Shown piece after piece: positions 46,314-56,557 of a stretch of DNA of 64,000 nt. The DNA comes from a virus. Lineage: Duplodnaviria; Caudoviricetes. Made by a program: the position numbers and the translations under genes. Positions within the stretch are counted from its first letter, which is position 1. Each line of letters starts with the position of its first letter. The notes under the pieces were generated by a model that searched no databases, was not told the DNA's origin, and worked only from the letters and a program-made list of their open reading frames with translations. The stretch lies in the IMG/VR virus record IMGVR_UViG_3300037851_001309, positions 1 through 64,000 of that record; one strand, 5' to 3'.

Positions 46314-47849
46314 CTACTTAATTAGAATTTTCATAATAAGTTCAAAAGCCTTCCCGATTGTCTTCATTTGAGCATCAATGGCGGGAGAATTAAATCCGGA
46401 CAAAGGATTGTTCCAGGATGCACCGTAAACCATACACACCCCAACGGTCATACCACCTTTACCAGACGTATTTGACGGCTTTTTTGCCTCCATAACTCTT
46501 TTTACAAAGTTGTCCGTCCCACCTGATGATGGAGGAACATTTAAGGCCATAATCTTTGGGGCCGAACTAAAGAAATTTTCAAGGGCTGTAATCATAGTCA
46601 CCACAGCTTCAAGCATGGCGACATATACCTTAAATTTTTCAACGATCCCCTTTAAAAAATCCACAAAGGCTTTAGTATTTGATTTCAATCCGCCCTTTAA
46701 AGATTCTAAGAAATTATCCACAAAGGTTACGACCGTAGGAAGAAACGGAAGAATGATATCAACCTTTATCGAACTCCATTGCCCCAGTGCTCCAACGCCC
46801 TTAGACACAAATTCAACCTGATTATTTTTATTGACAATAACACCATACTTATTATTATTGACACAATTCGTTGGTATGGATTGTACAATTATTTGAGGAG
46901 AACGAGGACCCCAAAGTAAAGGAGGAAACCCAGATTCGATGACGTAATAATAGGTAGCCTCTTTGCTCTTATCTATAGAATAGTCCATGTACATACCACC
47001 CCCATTAATACCATTAGCAGGAACAATATTATCCTGAAGGGCATCCTCATACTCCCGTACAATCTCTTTAGGCCACTCTTTTTTATCCCCAAAAAGTCTC
47101 ATCATCATAGCAGTAAGAAGGCCCTGTTCTTCTTTACCTTTTGGACCAAGAAGTTTTTTAGGGATTACAGTTTTTTCAGACCACTTTCCCCCATCTATCC
47201 TAGATCGAGTTATTCTATAAGACCATAAAGCCTGAATGGGGGGAGCATCCCACTGAAGTTTTATACCATATTTTAAAGTCTTTCCATCTATCTGCTTAAA
47301 ATACCCTGTATAAGATCGAACATTCCGTGGAGGTGGCGGAGAGATGTTAAAAGGAAAAAGATCTGAAAAACTAAAAAGTCCCGAGATAAAATCCATGGCT
47401 TTAAAAAAATCATCCAAAGTTTCTGTGTCAGCAGCAAGTATTAATCCTCCCACAACCCCATTATCCTTAAACACTGGACGATTCTTGTCTGCATCATTAT
47501 ACAGGGACACTTTCAATCTCTGAAGGAAGCCATCAAAACCACCAGTTGTTAGATTTGTCAATGAGAAACTTTTTATAAATGCAGGAGGCACAAGAATATT
47601 CACAAAGATACCTGCCTGTCCAAGACTATTCCCAATCTTTTTAATCTGCCCTTGAACCAATGAGATAAAGGCATTTATAGCCCCCATCAAAGAACCAAAG
47701 GCGCTGATAAACATTTGAAGAAGCTTTATAACGGACATCAAAGCTTCAATAATTGTCAATATTTTCGACAGACCTTTGTCCATCGCTTCGAAAGCTCTAA
47801 CAGGCAGTATACTGTTATCAAAACCTATTGGTTTCCATTCTTCAGCCAT
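46314..47849 (-). CDS. Hypothetical protein with duplicated amphipathic-helix module flanking an Fn3-like core (511 aa)
   Basis: N- and C-terminal segments both show a long amphipathic helical hairpin followed by ..VPP..GG.D.F..R.....P....VG. The central part has LQWDAPP..YRITRS..YYYVI. Confidence 0.7.
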   Translation of the reverse strand: MAEEWKPIGFDNSILPVRAFEAMDKGLSKILTIIEALMSVIKLLQMFISAFGSLMGAINAFISLVQGQIKKIGNSLGQAGIFVNILVPPAFIKSFSLTNLTTGGFDGFLQRLKVSLYNDADKNRPVFKDNGVVGGLILAADTETLDDFFKAMDFISGLFSFSDLFPFNISPPPPRNVRSYTGYFKQIDGKTLKYGIKLQWDAPPIQALWSYRITRSRIDGGKWSEKTVIPKKLLGPKGKEEQGLLTAMMMRLFGDKKEWPKEIVREYEDALQDNIVPANGINGGGMYMDYSIDKSKEATYYYVIESGFPPLLWGPRSPQIIVQSIPTNCVNNNKYGVIVNKNNQVEFVSKGVGALGQWSSIKVDIILPFLPTVVTFVDNFLESLKGGLKSNTKAFVDFLKGIVEKFKVYVAMLEAVVTMITALENFFSSAPKIMALNVPPSSGGTDNFVKRVMEAKKPSNTSGKGGMTVGVCMVYGASWNNPLSGFNSPAIDAQMKTIGKAFELIMKILIK

Positions 47850-48162
47850 AAAAAACCTTTTTCGCCTGTTTAATGTCTTTTTCTACTGTTTTGAGCTGTC
47901 GTTCTAACATATGAGATGCTGAGTTCACAGCCTGCTTTAACGTCCGAATCATATAATTATCCGAACGTATGTAATTCCATTCCAATTGTTCAGATTGTTC
48001 AGACGTCGAATCGGTGGTCCCCCCAAATAGGGCTTTTTCCAGTGCAACCAGCTCTTCATAAGATGGAGCAGGGCACTCATTTACAGGAAGCGCTTGCTCA
48101 CACTTAATGAAGCCTGGTTCATCTCGATCACCTTCTCGACCTGTTTCAGTCTCGCTTCGCAT
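47842..48162 (-). CDS. Hypothetical protein (106 aa)
   Basis: AGGAG RBS 7 nt before ATG. Overlaps the end of the 1963-aa gene by 82 nt. Confidence 0.6.
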   Translation of the reverse strand: MRSETETGREGDRDEPGFIKCEQALPVNECPAPSYEELVALEKALFGGTTDSTSEQSEQLEWNYIRSDNYMIRTLKQAVNSASHMLERQLKTVEKDIKQAKKVFYG

Positions 48163-51100
48163 CCGTTACTCCTATTAAATCTGTTATCTGCCCAATTGTA
48201 AAGGTTTCCAGTACTGCCATTTGCCGCCCGGAAATGCTCTTCATCTATAATGTGCTGTTTAATCTGTGTCTCTCGACCATTCAAAAAGGTAATCCTAGCA
48301 TCCACGGCTGGCTTCCTCACAGAAACAAATGCGTTCCTATTAAGAAGTAATTTGCTGTCCATCGTATTATAATTCGCATAGCAAGGTCTTAATGCCGGGT
48401 ATATCGGGGCATCAGGGGGAACTGCCGTTGTTCCTATAGGTTTAAATGAGGATGGAACCGAATCATAACTGGCCGGCCCCGTAGCATTAATACCAGGAAT
48501 ATCAGCATTAATGGCATTTTTCATTGATCCTACTGTGGAGTATATGCTATAAGCATATAACTTGCTATCCCCTGACCAGGCTAACCCTACACCAGTTTTA
48601 TCAACGTAATAGGTGTGACTGTAAATGTTATCATTTGTAAGAGTAAATAAAGAATAAGTCTGATCATACAGAGGAGCCCCGCCACCCACTGGTGCAGTAG
48701 AATGAGCCTGAAGAACTGCAGAACTTGAAGAATCATGTGCCGGAACAGGCGTTATCGCCAGACCTGGAAGACCATCAACCTGATTTCTGATAGAGAGAAT
48801 TGTTGGATACGTTGCAAAAAGCAGGGACCAAGTCGTCGTATCCTTTTTCAAATATAAAGAGGTAGCGTCAATCCAATAATCATAAGAAAGGCTCGAATCT
48901 TGATACATTGTAAACATCAACATGGACGTCTTATCAAAAACTACATTTGGAGACAAAGGTGCAAAAGGTTTTGGTATTATAGCATACGAAGAAGATCCAT
49001 CATATACAGAACTTCCCGATGTGGTAACCCCCGCCAATTTATTAATCGCTATTTTTAGAGAACCTACTGTGGGGTACGTGCTGTAGAGATACTCTTTACT
49101 CCTCGTAGTATCCCAATAAACAGTCATTGAAGTAGTATCTGACTGATAAGAAAATGAAGACACCCTATAATCAAGAACAAACTGAGGTGTGGAATCATTC
49201 AAAACAAAAGTAATATTATTTGCGGAAAGACTATACTGATTGCTGACGGACGGATCCCAGCCCCCTGACCAGGTACCATCAACAGGAGTTGCCGTGTCAA
49301 TATAGGTTGCAGAGGGAATATACGGGACACCATCAACAGTAGTATTCAAAAATCTCTTGTCGTTTGTACCATCAGAGTCCACATGAATAGTAAAAGTGTT
49401 CTCTCCGGATATTTGAGTGATGCCTGAACCGGAGGAAACAGGAACCCCCATTCCAGAGGAATCCTTACCAAGTATGGTCTGCTGTCCTGGTTGAATATCC
49501 AAGATCCACTTTGCAGATGTGAGCTGACCCTCATAATTGGTTCCCAAAGATTGATCATAGGCAAGAGCAGAGGGGCAGTTCCCATAATAAGTTGTGTCGT
49601 TATTATATGCGATCAAAGACTGAGTATATGCAGCCATGGTTGGCTCAAGGATTATCTTGCTTAAAGCAGAAATCTCCGTGCTCAATCGAGCCATCTCTGT
49701 AGTAATCTGAACAGCTTCATCAGAAGCCATGTTCTTGATCGTAACTCCAAGAGCTATGTTTGCAGGGGTCACCCTGCCAAGAATGTTTGGAGTACCCGCA
49801 GAAATAAGCGTAGCAAGGTTAGTGTCCTCTGTAGCCAGATCTGAAGCTTCCTGAACTGTATGCGGATATTCAGGGTCACTATCGGTGTTATTATTGTTAC
49901 CGAAATCAGAGGACCCCGCCGTAAAACCAAGTTTAGAAGTGGCTGAGCCACTTCCTACTGTAATTTTATTGTATGTCCCTTTTGTTCTTAAAACCAAAAC
50001 GGACTTATAGCAATAGGCAGAATTAATATCCTGAATCCACTCATAAGTAACCCGGGTTCTTGAAAGAGAAGCTGTAAGAAGGTTGGCTATCTGTATTCCA
50101 GTAAGATTGGAAGCACTGATAAGAGGAGGCAATGGGTCAGAAAACGTATAGGATTCTGTTACACCGTCTACAGTAACCGAGAAAACATCCCCACTAACAA
50201 GGCCAAACCCATCCGAAACCGTCCCTACGATCTTCCCACCCATATGCCCGTCATCATCATATAAAGGATACTTGGAGATCATAACAGGAGGCTTTGTCAC
50301 TGCCACAGGCCCGGAATAGGGCGTTGTCAATGTCACTTGGGAGTCACTGTTGACTGTTTGAATCTGATAATCCGTTGTTGAATCAATAGGACGGATATAA
50401 TCATTTGCCTTTAGCTGTTTAGTCCAATAGGTAGGGTAGGTACCTGTAGTGGTACAGGTTACGGTCGTTGAACTCGGGGTGAATTGAGCTAAGGCTGTAG
50501 GCATTGTTGGCGGTCGATAAGGCCCCATGGTTCCATAGGGAATGGCCTGACCGGTCAAAGGCATTATCGTGTAGGGTGGAAAGCTCGTATAATCTGACCA
50601 CGGAAACATCCTGTTCACCGACCGAGCCCCACAAGACTCATCCATCAAAGAAATTTGACCGTCGGTATTACAGAGCCTCCAACCAAAGGCGGCATACATT
50701 TCATCACTGAAAGCCTGCACACGGCCATTGAAGAAGTCAAAAATAATATTAAAGATCCTGCACTCAATAGCCGTATCCATCCTTCGATATTCATCTCCGG
50801 TAAGACCCCCGCTGGACTTTCCGGCATCATCATCCCCGGCAACTTCTCCGCCCTGTCCAACACTACCACTCTGCTGAATAGCTTCTTCCTTCATTCTTGG
50901 CTCAGTAACAGACTCCAAAAAGTCTCTCTGGCTCATTGCCTGGACATAAAATTGATCCAGGTTATCGAACTTAAAGGAAGCAGCAATTTTTGTTTTTGCA
51001 GGATAGTAAGTAAAATAACTGGCTGAATATTTTACAGTGGCGTCTTCTAAAGGGTCCAACCCAAGATAATCGAAGCTGTATCTATCGTTTTTAACAAGAG

Positions 51101-53972
51101 GTTTACTAAGAACCAAATCCCCTGCAGAAATGCTGAAATTTGTTGTATCGGTCGCGTAATATCTTAAGGCTGGAGAGATATTAATTAGGGTCGTTGAATC
51201 CTTTGTAACCACAGCATTTTGTACCGGGAGGATCTTTGAACTTGTCCAGTCAGGAGCATAAGTCTCCACGTCAATTCCAAGCCCAGAAAGAGCTTGGGCA
51301 ACATTGTAGACCGTAGGATAGGAAGAAAAAAGATAGGAGTATTGAACAGTACCAACATCCACAGCTATGGCACTACTATCTGATGTGACTGTCACCATTC
51401 CATCATAATTCAAGGTCATTGCTGGAGTTTGTGGGTCGTCGATAATTTCCATCACTGTGCTGACAGTACTATCTCCCACATAATAAATAGGGCAATCCGA
51501 ATATTTGACTACCCCACCTGCATAATCCTGATAAGCCTGGACCCCCAGGGTTACCACCACTCTGCGGTTAGAGCTATCGTAGGATGATCCTTGGACGTAA
51601 TAATAGTCATCACCAATATTCAGAAGCTGACCCAGCCGAAAAGTTCTGGAAATATTAGAACCGGGGAAGTAAATATCCGTAGATCCACTGGCAATATTTG
51701 ATGTTGCTCTGGGAGTATCCAAAAACCCTGTTATTGGGCTATCCGAAATGTAAATTACTGGATTTGTAATATCGGAGGGAATTTCCCCATATACCGTAAC
51801 CGTGGTATCGAAACCATCATAAGAAGCCGATCTTATCCTAAAGAAAAAATCTCCTGCCGTCTCTACATTGGTTAGCCTTATAAAGGTATCCTTAGGAAAT
51901 AGGCTTCGAACATCCCTATCAATAAAAGCAATGTAGTCCTGTCCGGCCTCAATAAAAAAGTTTATGTACTCTACAGGGGTGTATTCTACACTCTCATTTT
52001 CAAATTTATAGTCCACTAAAATCGTATCGGTCAAATCTGTCTTAATAGATACGTTAGCCGGTGTTGGCTGAAGATGGATGAGCAATCCTCTAAGGATATA
52101 GTTTGCAATATCATAATCAAAACCCTTGGTAGCATTCCTGATTTTTAGGATAGTAAGACCGGTAGTCGGTAAATTCTGGTTACTAAGAGTAAATTCAGGA
52201 GGGGATACATTAGTGACAGGCGTTAAGGCCTCATAGACCTTACATTGTAGCTTTTTATTCTCGTAGATTATCCCATTTTTCTTTTTTAATAATGGAGAAT
52301 AACTAACAGTGATAGTATCTCCACGAACAAGAGGCTCAAAAAGAACTATCCTACCTGTTAAGTAACTTATCCTGTAATCAGACCCCTCATCAATAATAAT
52401 CCCATTTTTACTAACTATTGCTCCCTGATATTTTATCGGGTACTGATTTACCCTAAACCAAGTCATCCCAGGGGTAGTTTTAACTATTTCATCTGTTATG
52501 AACTCACCCTCTACAAGGTACTCTATAATATATTCTTCACCAGACGCGGGGTTATCTTTCGTTGCGGGTTTAAACCTCCCAGACTCAAACTCAAAAAGAA
52601 CATCATCGGCCTCATCATGCGGTATGGTTAGAGTCTGCCTTGTCCCATCAAGAGTTATCTTGATACCATATTCAAAAAGAAGTTTCTGTTCATATGCTAC
52701 ATATTTGACAACTTCCTCATTAGTGTTGTGTTGAGAAGAAAACCCGAGACCACTGTCCAAATCGATAACATAGTCCTTATAAGCTGTCTGATCAACCCCA
52801 CTAAAAAGGATGGTCTCAGATCCGGGCATTATACCTGATACAGGTTTTCCTGCAGAGTCTCTAAACAGGATATCACCTAAAGCTGTGTCGGCTGGATCCA
52901 GGACTATATCCTGAACCTTCTGAAGAGGCATTACTGCTGCTATACTTCTTTGTGCAACAGGAGGAGGATATTCATAGGTAGGTATCTGCCAATATGTAAG
53001 AACATAATCCATATTTCCGTTTGGAAACATGTCCTTGGGAGCGTCATTTATGAAAAGTTGAAAACTTTCCTCTGGATTGGGAACAACAGGAAGAGAATAT
53101 TGATATAAAGGGTTTTCAATACTTTTTGTCAAAGTTTTATTTAAAACAAGGTTGCTATCCATCAGGTCTGGGTAAGCAACAGGATTTAAAGTTTCAGAAA
53201 ACTTTAGTTCTACACCATCTCTGAGCAAATCATAATAGTTATAGGCTACGCGACCGTTCTCCGTAGTAGAATCATAAATCCACTTAAACTTGTTCTTGTC
53301 ATAGGAAAAATTATTCTTTGTATACTGATAATCAAGCCGGCCGAGTCTCCAACGTTTGGCTGTATAGAAACCCGTTTTTGTATCCCCGGTATATGCTTTG
53401 GTCAACTTTATCGATGTATCACTGACAACTGTATCAATGATAAAAAACTTTTGATAAGAATTAAGCTGTATAGAATCACCAGGAACCAAATCAGTCAACC
53501 ACTGAGTCCCTGATCCGGTAACATACTCACTACCACTCACAAAAGTAGCAAGACCAGTTGTAGTATTGGTTACGATATCTGGTTCAATCAAATAATCTCT
53601 GTCAGACAACCGATAGGAAGCTGTATTAGTCCCGCTTGAACTTGGAGCCTGTTTTACCTTGACACTGGTTGGGGATATGTATTTATCAAAAGGTAAGCTA
53701 TCCGACCCCACATTTATTGTATCCCCCTCAACAAATATGGAGGCATTTAAACCAGAAAACGGGGCATTGAAAGTTATCCCAGTGACTGTGCTATCCCCAC
53801 TTGTAAGAGTAGCAGAGCCAGATAAAACTGTCTTTGAAGGATTGAATTGACCCTGAACAAACAGGGTGCCTGTCGAACGAGCGTTATTAACACCCGTCTT
53901 TGCCCCTCTGATCTCAAAATTGTCCAGATCTATTGAGGCAAACGATTTAATCTGAGTAATACTATAGGGCAT
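48081..53972 (-). CDS. Very large tail/baseplate structural protein (1963 aa)
   Basis: Repeated tail-fibre-type modules (G.ATF..GS..VTG.GT.W...L..GD.I....I..V.SDT...LT..Y.G), Ig-like D.RI.Y.TG.I modules and four Y.F..YPTV..L..AIN repeats. Confidence 0.8.
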   Translation of the reverse strand: MPYSITQIKSFASIDLDNFEIRGAKTGVNNARSTGTLFVQGQFNPSKTVLSGSATLTSGDSTVTGITFNAPFSGLNASIFVEGDTINVGSDSLPFDKYISPTSVKVKQAPSSSGTNTASYRLSDRDYLIEPDIVTNTTTGLATFVSGSEYVTGSGTQWLTDLVPGDSIQLNSYQKFFIIDTVVSDTSIKLTKAYTGDTKTGFYTAKRWRLGRLDYQYTKNNFSYDKNKFKWIYDSTTENGRVAYNYYDLLRDGVELKFSETLNPVAYPDLMDSNLVLNKTLTKSIENPLYQYSLPVVPNPEESFQLFINDAPKDMFPNGNMDYVLTYWQIPTYEYPPPVAQRSIAAVMPLQKVQDIVLDPADTALGDILFRDSAGKPVSGIMPGSETILFSGVDQTAYKDYVIDLDSGLGFSSQHNTNEEVVKYVAYEQKLLFEYGIKITLDGTRQTLTIPHDEADDVLFEFESGRFKPATKDNPASGEEYIIEYLVEGEFITDEIVKTTPGMTWFRVNQYPIKYQGAIVSKNGIIIDEGSDYRISYLTGRIVLFEPLVRGDTITVSYSPLLKKKNGIIYENKKLQCKVYEALTPVTNVSPPEFTLSNQNLPTTGLTILKIRNATKGFDYDIANYILRGLLIHLQPTPANVSIKTDLTDTILVDYKFENESVEYTPVEYINFFIEAGQDYIAFIDRDVRSLFPKDTFIRLTNVETAGDFFFRIRSASYDGFDTTVTVYGEIPSDITNPVIYISDSPITGFLDTPRATSNIASGSTDIYFPGSNISRTFRLGQLLNIGDDYYYVQGSSYDSSNRRVVVTLGVQAYQDYAGGVVKYSDCPIYYVGDSTVSTVMEIIDDPQTPAMTLNYDGMVTVTSDSSAIAVDVGTVQYSYLFSSYPTVYNVAQALSGLGIDVETYAPDWTSSKILPVQNAVVTKDSTTLINISPALRYYATDTTNFSISAGDLVLSKPLVKNDRYSFDYLGLDPLEDATVKYSASYFTYYPAKTKIAASFKFDNLDQFYVQAMSQRDFLESVTEPRMKEEAIQQSGSVGQGGEVAGDDDAGKSSGGLTGDEYRRMDTAIECRIFNIIFDFFNGRVQAFSDEMYAAFGWRLCNTDGQISLMDESCGARSVNRMFPWSDYTSFPPYTIMPLTGQAIPYGTMGPYRPPTMPTALAQFTPSSTTVTCTTTGTYPTYWTKQLKANDYIRPIDSTTDYQIQTVNSDSQVTLTTPYSGPVAVTKPPVMISKYPLYDDDGHMGGKIVGTVSDGFGLVSGDVFSVTVDGVTESYTFSDPLPPLISASNLTGIQIANLLTASLSRTRVTYEWIQDINSAYCYKSVLVLRTKGTYNKITVGSGSATSKLGFTAGSSDFGNNNNTDSDPEYPHTVQEASDLATEDTNLATLISAGTPNILGRVTPANIALGVTIKNMASDEAVQITTEMARLSTEISALSKIILEPTMAAYTQSLIAYNNDTTYYGNCPSALAYDQSLGTNYEGQLTSAKWILDIQPGQQTILGKDSSGMGVPVSSGSGITQISGENTFTIHVDSDGTNDKRFLNTTVDGVPYIPSATYIDTATPVDGTWSGGWDPSVSNQYSLSANNITFVLNDSTPQFVLDYRVSSFSYQSDTTSMTVYWDTTRSKEYLYSTYPTVGSLKIAINKLAGVTTSGSSVYDGSSSYAIIPKPFAPLSPNVVFDKTSMLMFTMYQDSSLSYDYWIDATSLYLKKDTTTWSLLFATYPTILSIRNQVDGLPGLAITPVPAHDSSSSAVLQAHSTAPVGGGAPLYDQTYSLFTLTNDNIYSHTYYVDKTGVGLAWSGDSKLYAYSIYSTVGSMKNAINADIPGINATGPASYDSVPSSFKPIGTTAVPPDAPIYPALRPCYANYNTMDSKLLLNRNAFVSVRKPAVDARITFLNGRETQIKQHIIDEEHFRAANGSTGNLYNWADNRFNRSNGCEARLKQVEKVIEMNQASLSVSKRFL

Positions 53973-53994
53973 CCGTCATTCCTTTTTATGTTAT

Positions 53995-54606
53995 TTAGAT
54001 CAGTTTCCCAAATCCAGGAGCACCCGGCACGGGTACCGGGCCTGCGGGAGGTGGGGCAGCCGCCCCAATACAGGTTGTTACTAATGTCCCTGCACTCATT
54101 ATATGTATACAAACACCAAAAGCAATTGCGCTCACGATCTGCATGGTTTTAGATCCAAAAAGTTTTGATCCAGCCAAATTTGCCATGATAAGTCCCGTCA
54201 AAACAGTAGGTATGAGATTCAAAATTTTTCCTTGACCTGCTCCTGGGCCACCACCAACTACTGTACCTTGAGACATTGCAGTGGTTAATAAAGTATTGCA
54301 TACTCCAAAAGAAACTGCATCAAAAAGTTTTTTTGTATCCTTACCAACCGTCATAGTAGAAGCGGCCTTGACCAGCATCATAGAAGACATTGCTACCGGA
54401 ACACATCCAACAATCTTTGCCATGTAAGTACCTGCTCCGGGCCCAAGAACCACATTGGTAGACATGGCTATAGGAGCCATAGCCATATATTGGCACACAG
54501 CTTTGGATACGGCACTAACAAAGGGCATAAATTTAGAGCCGAGCATTTTTGTGCTTGCTCCCTTAGCGATCATGAGACCTGTCTGAGCAGGTGGGATAAA
54601 GGGCAT
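53995..54606 (-). CDS. Small protein with three ~65-aa internal repeats, downstream of spike (203 aa)
   Basis: Repeats P...TGLM...AS....GSK......AVS.GVC........T..G.GPG.G..KI can be aligned by eye. Confidence 0.82.
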   Translation of the reverse strand: MPFIPPAQTGLMIAKGASTKMLGSKFMPFVSAVSKAVCQYMAMAPIAMSTNVVLGPGAGTYMAKIVGCVPVAMSSMMLVKAASTMTVGKDTKKLFDAVSFGVCNTLLTTAMSQGTVVGGGPGAGQGKILNLIPTVLTGLIMANLAGSKLFGSKTMQIVSAIAFGVCIHIMSAGTLVTTCIGAAAPPPAGPVPVPGAPGFGKLI

Positions 54607-54607
54607 A

Positions 54608-56548
54608 TTACGGACCTGCCTTTACTGTAGAACAACCTTTAAGAGGGGCTCCAGTACAATAATCAAAATGTGAAGGAAGTCCCATGAGCCCTGTAACGAC
54701 ACTACCAACACCTAAACCAAGAGAAACCTTTTTAGACATGACAGTGACCTTTTTGGGTGATGTTATGTTAACCCCTTTCAACCCAAGCAGGTCAATTGTA
54801 CCTGCAAGAGAGGTCATCTGAACCTTACCCTTAAGAACCGTGACCAAATATTTTCCTGCTACTATAGTGGTTTTCCTATTCCCCTTAATTATCATTTCGT
54901 CAATATTACCTGCTGTTAGCATGGTCTTTTTATTACCGAGGGTCTTAATAGTGTCTTTGTTATCCCCTGCTATTATTTCGAGTTGCTGTCCTTGAAGAAC
55001 AGTTTCTTTTCTTTTTCCAAATCTTCCTTGCATTTCCTTAATCACTACCTGGGTATAAACTCCCATCACATTTTCACTTTTATCTGAATGATACTCATAG
55101 GTACCAGAACCACGGATGACTTCTTTTCTTAAGCCATTCACGGTAAGACTGGAATTACCTGCAACAGATTTATCATCAGCTCCACCAATAGTTACTTTCT
55201 GATTCCCCATTATGAATTCTTGTCGAGCAAACCCCTCGTCATCACTTTTTCGAACTTCAAGCCGAACACTCGATGATGCTATGATATCAATACTTCGACT
55301 TCTGTTACTTGCTGTATGGGATCCAATATTCCATTTAATCCCACCCCTTGTCGAGAGATTCCAGGAATTTCCTTCAATAGTATCCGCACCAAATACTTCT
55401 TTAAGGCTACCCTGGGCAAGAACTGACATAGATCTTCCAGAACCCGAAGGATTTGCTGATGTCGAGGAACCCATATTGAGGTAAAAATGACCCTCTTTAT
55501 CAAAACCCATAAAAGAGTCATTTTTAAGAAGATGGATAGCATAAGCCAGTCCTAACTTATTGACCTGATCCATACCATTTGTCTGAGTACATTCTACAAG
55601 ATTAAATTGGCCGTCTTGATCAGCAGTATTTGAGAAGAGTGTAGGTCTAAGAATTTTCCCATATCGACTACTGGATTCCAAAGCTCCTACGTAATTCCCC
55701 ATAGCCAAGGTTACGATAGGATCTCTTGAAACAAGGGCACTTTGACTGTTGATATCATTTGTATCAAGTACCCCATCGGCTAATTCAGCGGCATCAATTC
55801 TGAACTCAGAGTAAAACTGGGAATTCTCATCTATCGGGGCCCCAAGAGGAACCATGTAAATTGTATTTCTTCCATCGGGGCCAGTAACTTCCCGAGAAAG
55901 AGCATTAATAATTCGGTTGCCATCAGCATCAAATATCGGGATTTTATTCCTGATAACTTGACCTGCACACATTGCAACACCATCACTGAATTGAAAATTA
56001 TTCAAAGAAGTCATGATGATGGATTGGTCAGAAGAACGTATCTGAAAAGTATCCCTCATTGAATCTTTTATCTCAATATCTGAATTAACAAAAATCTGTC
56101 CTCCCCAAAGAGAGGACATTATGACATCCCCTTTTTGGAGTTTCCTAAATTTCAAAAAGACTATATTTTCTTCATCAGTCGGAAGAGTATCCGGCATTAA
56201 TTTGATTGCTTTATGGTCTATAGCCGCCTGTAGGCTTACAGGCACCCATGCTAAACAGGCCGGTGTACCTGTACCAGTACCCTCATTCATGTACCCAAAA
56301 ATTCCAAGGGCACCTATTTCTGGAACGGTCCCTATACAACTGGCTGGACCAACGTAAGGGAAAGATATGGGGATCCATGCAGGTGAGCCACCTCCAGTAA
56401 CCCACTCTATCTTAAAACGATATTTCTCGTAATCAACTTCTACCACCCTTCCTATACGGAGAAAGAAATACCTATTAAATTTGTTTGCCCCAGCATACTG
56501 CTCAAAAACAGCTGCTGGTTTTTCTCCTTTTCCATAAATTCTTGCCAT
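54608..56548 (-). CDS. gp5/VgrG/gpV-like baseplate central spike (646 aa)
   Basis: N-terminal OB-fold pattern GRVVEVDY..FKIEW..SPAWIP..GTVPEIGALGIFGY, C-terminal beta-helix repeats (E.I.GN...TI..G) and apex SHFDYCTGAP. Confidence 0.8.
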   Translation of the reverse strand: MARIYGKGEKPAAVFEQYAGANKFNRYFFLRIGRVVEVDYEKYRFKIEWVTGGGSPAWIPISFPYVGPASCIGTVPEIGALGIFGYMNEGTGTGTPACLAWVPVSLQAAIDHKAIKLMPDTLPTDEENIVFLKFRKLQKGDVIMSSLWGGQIFVNSDIEIKDSMRDTFQIRSSDQSIIMTSLNNFQFSDGVAMCAGQVIRNKIPIFDADGNRIINALSREVTGPDGRNTIYMVPLGAPIDENSQFYSEFRIDAAELADGVLDTNDINSQSALVSRDPIVTLAMGNYVGALESSSRYGKILRPTLFSNTADQDGQFNLVECTQTNGMDQVNKLGLAYAIHLLKNDSFMGFDKEGHFYLNMGSSTSANPSGSGRSMSVLAQGSLKEVFGADTIEGNSWNLSTRGGIKWNIGSHTASNRSRSIDIIASSSVRLEVRKSDDEGFARQEFIMGNQKVTIGGADDKSVAGNSSLTVNGLRKEVIRGSGTYEYHSDKSENVMGVYTQVVIKEMQGRFGKRKETVLQGQQLEIIAGDNKDTIKTLGNKKTMLTAGNIDEMIIKGNRKTTIVAGKYLVTVLKGKVQMTSLAGTIDLLGLKGVNITSPKKVTVMSKKVSLGLGVGSVVTGLMGLPSHFDYCTGAPLKGCSTVKAGP

Positions 56549-56557
56549 ATGTTTGAC

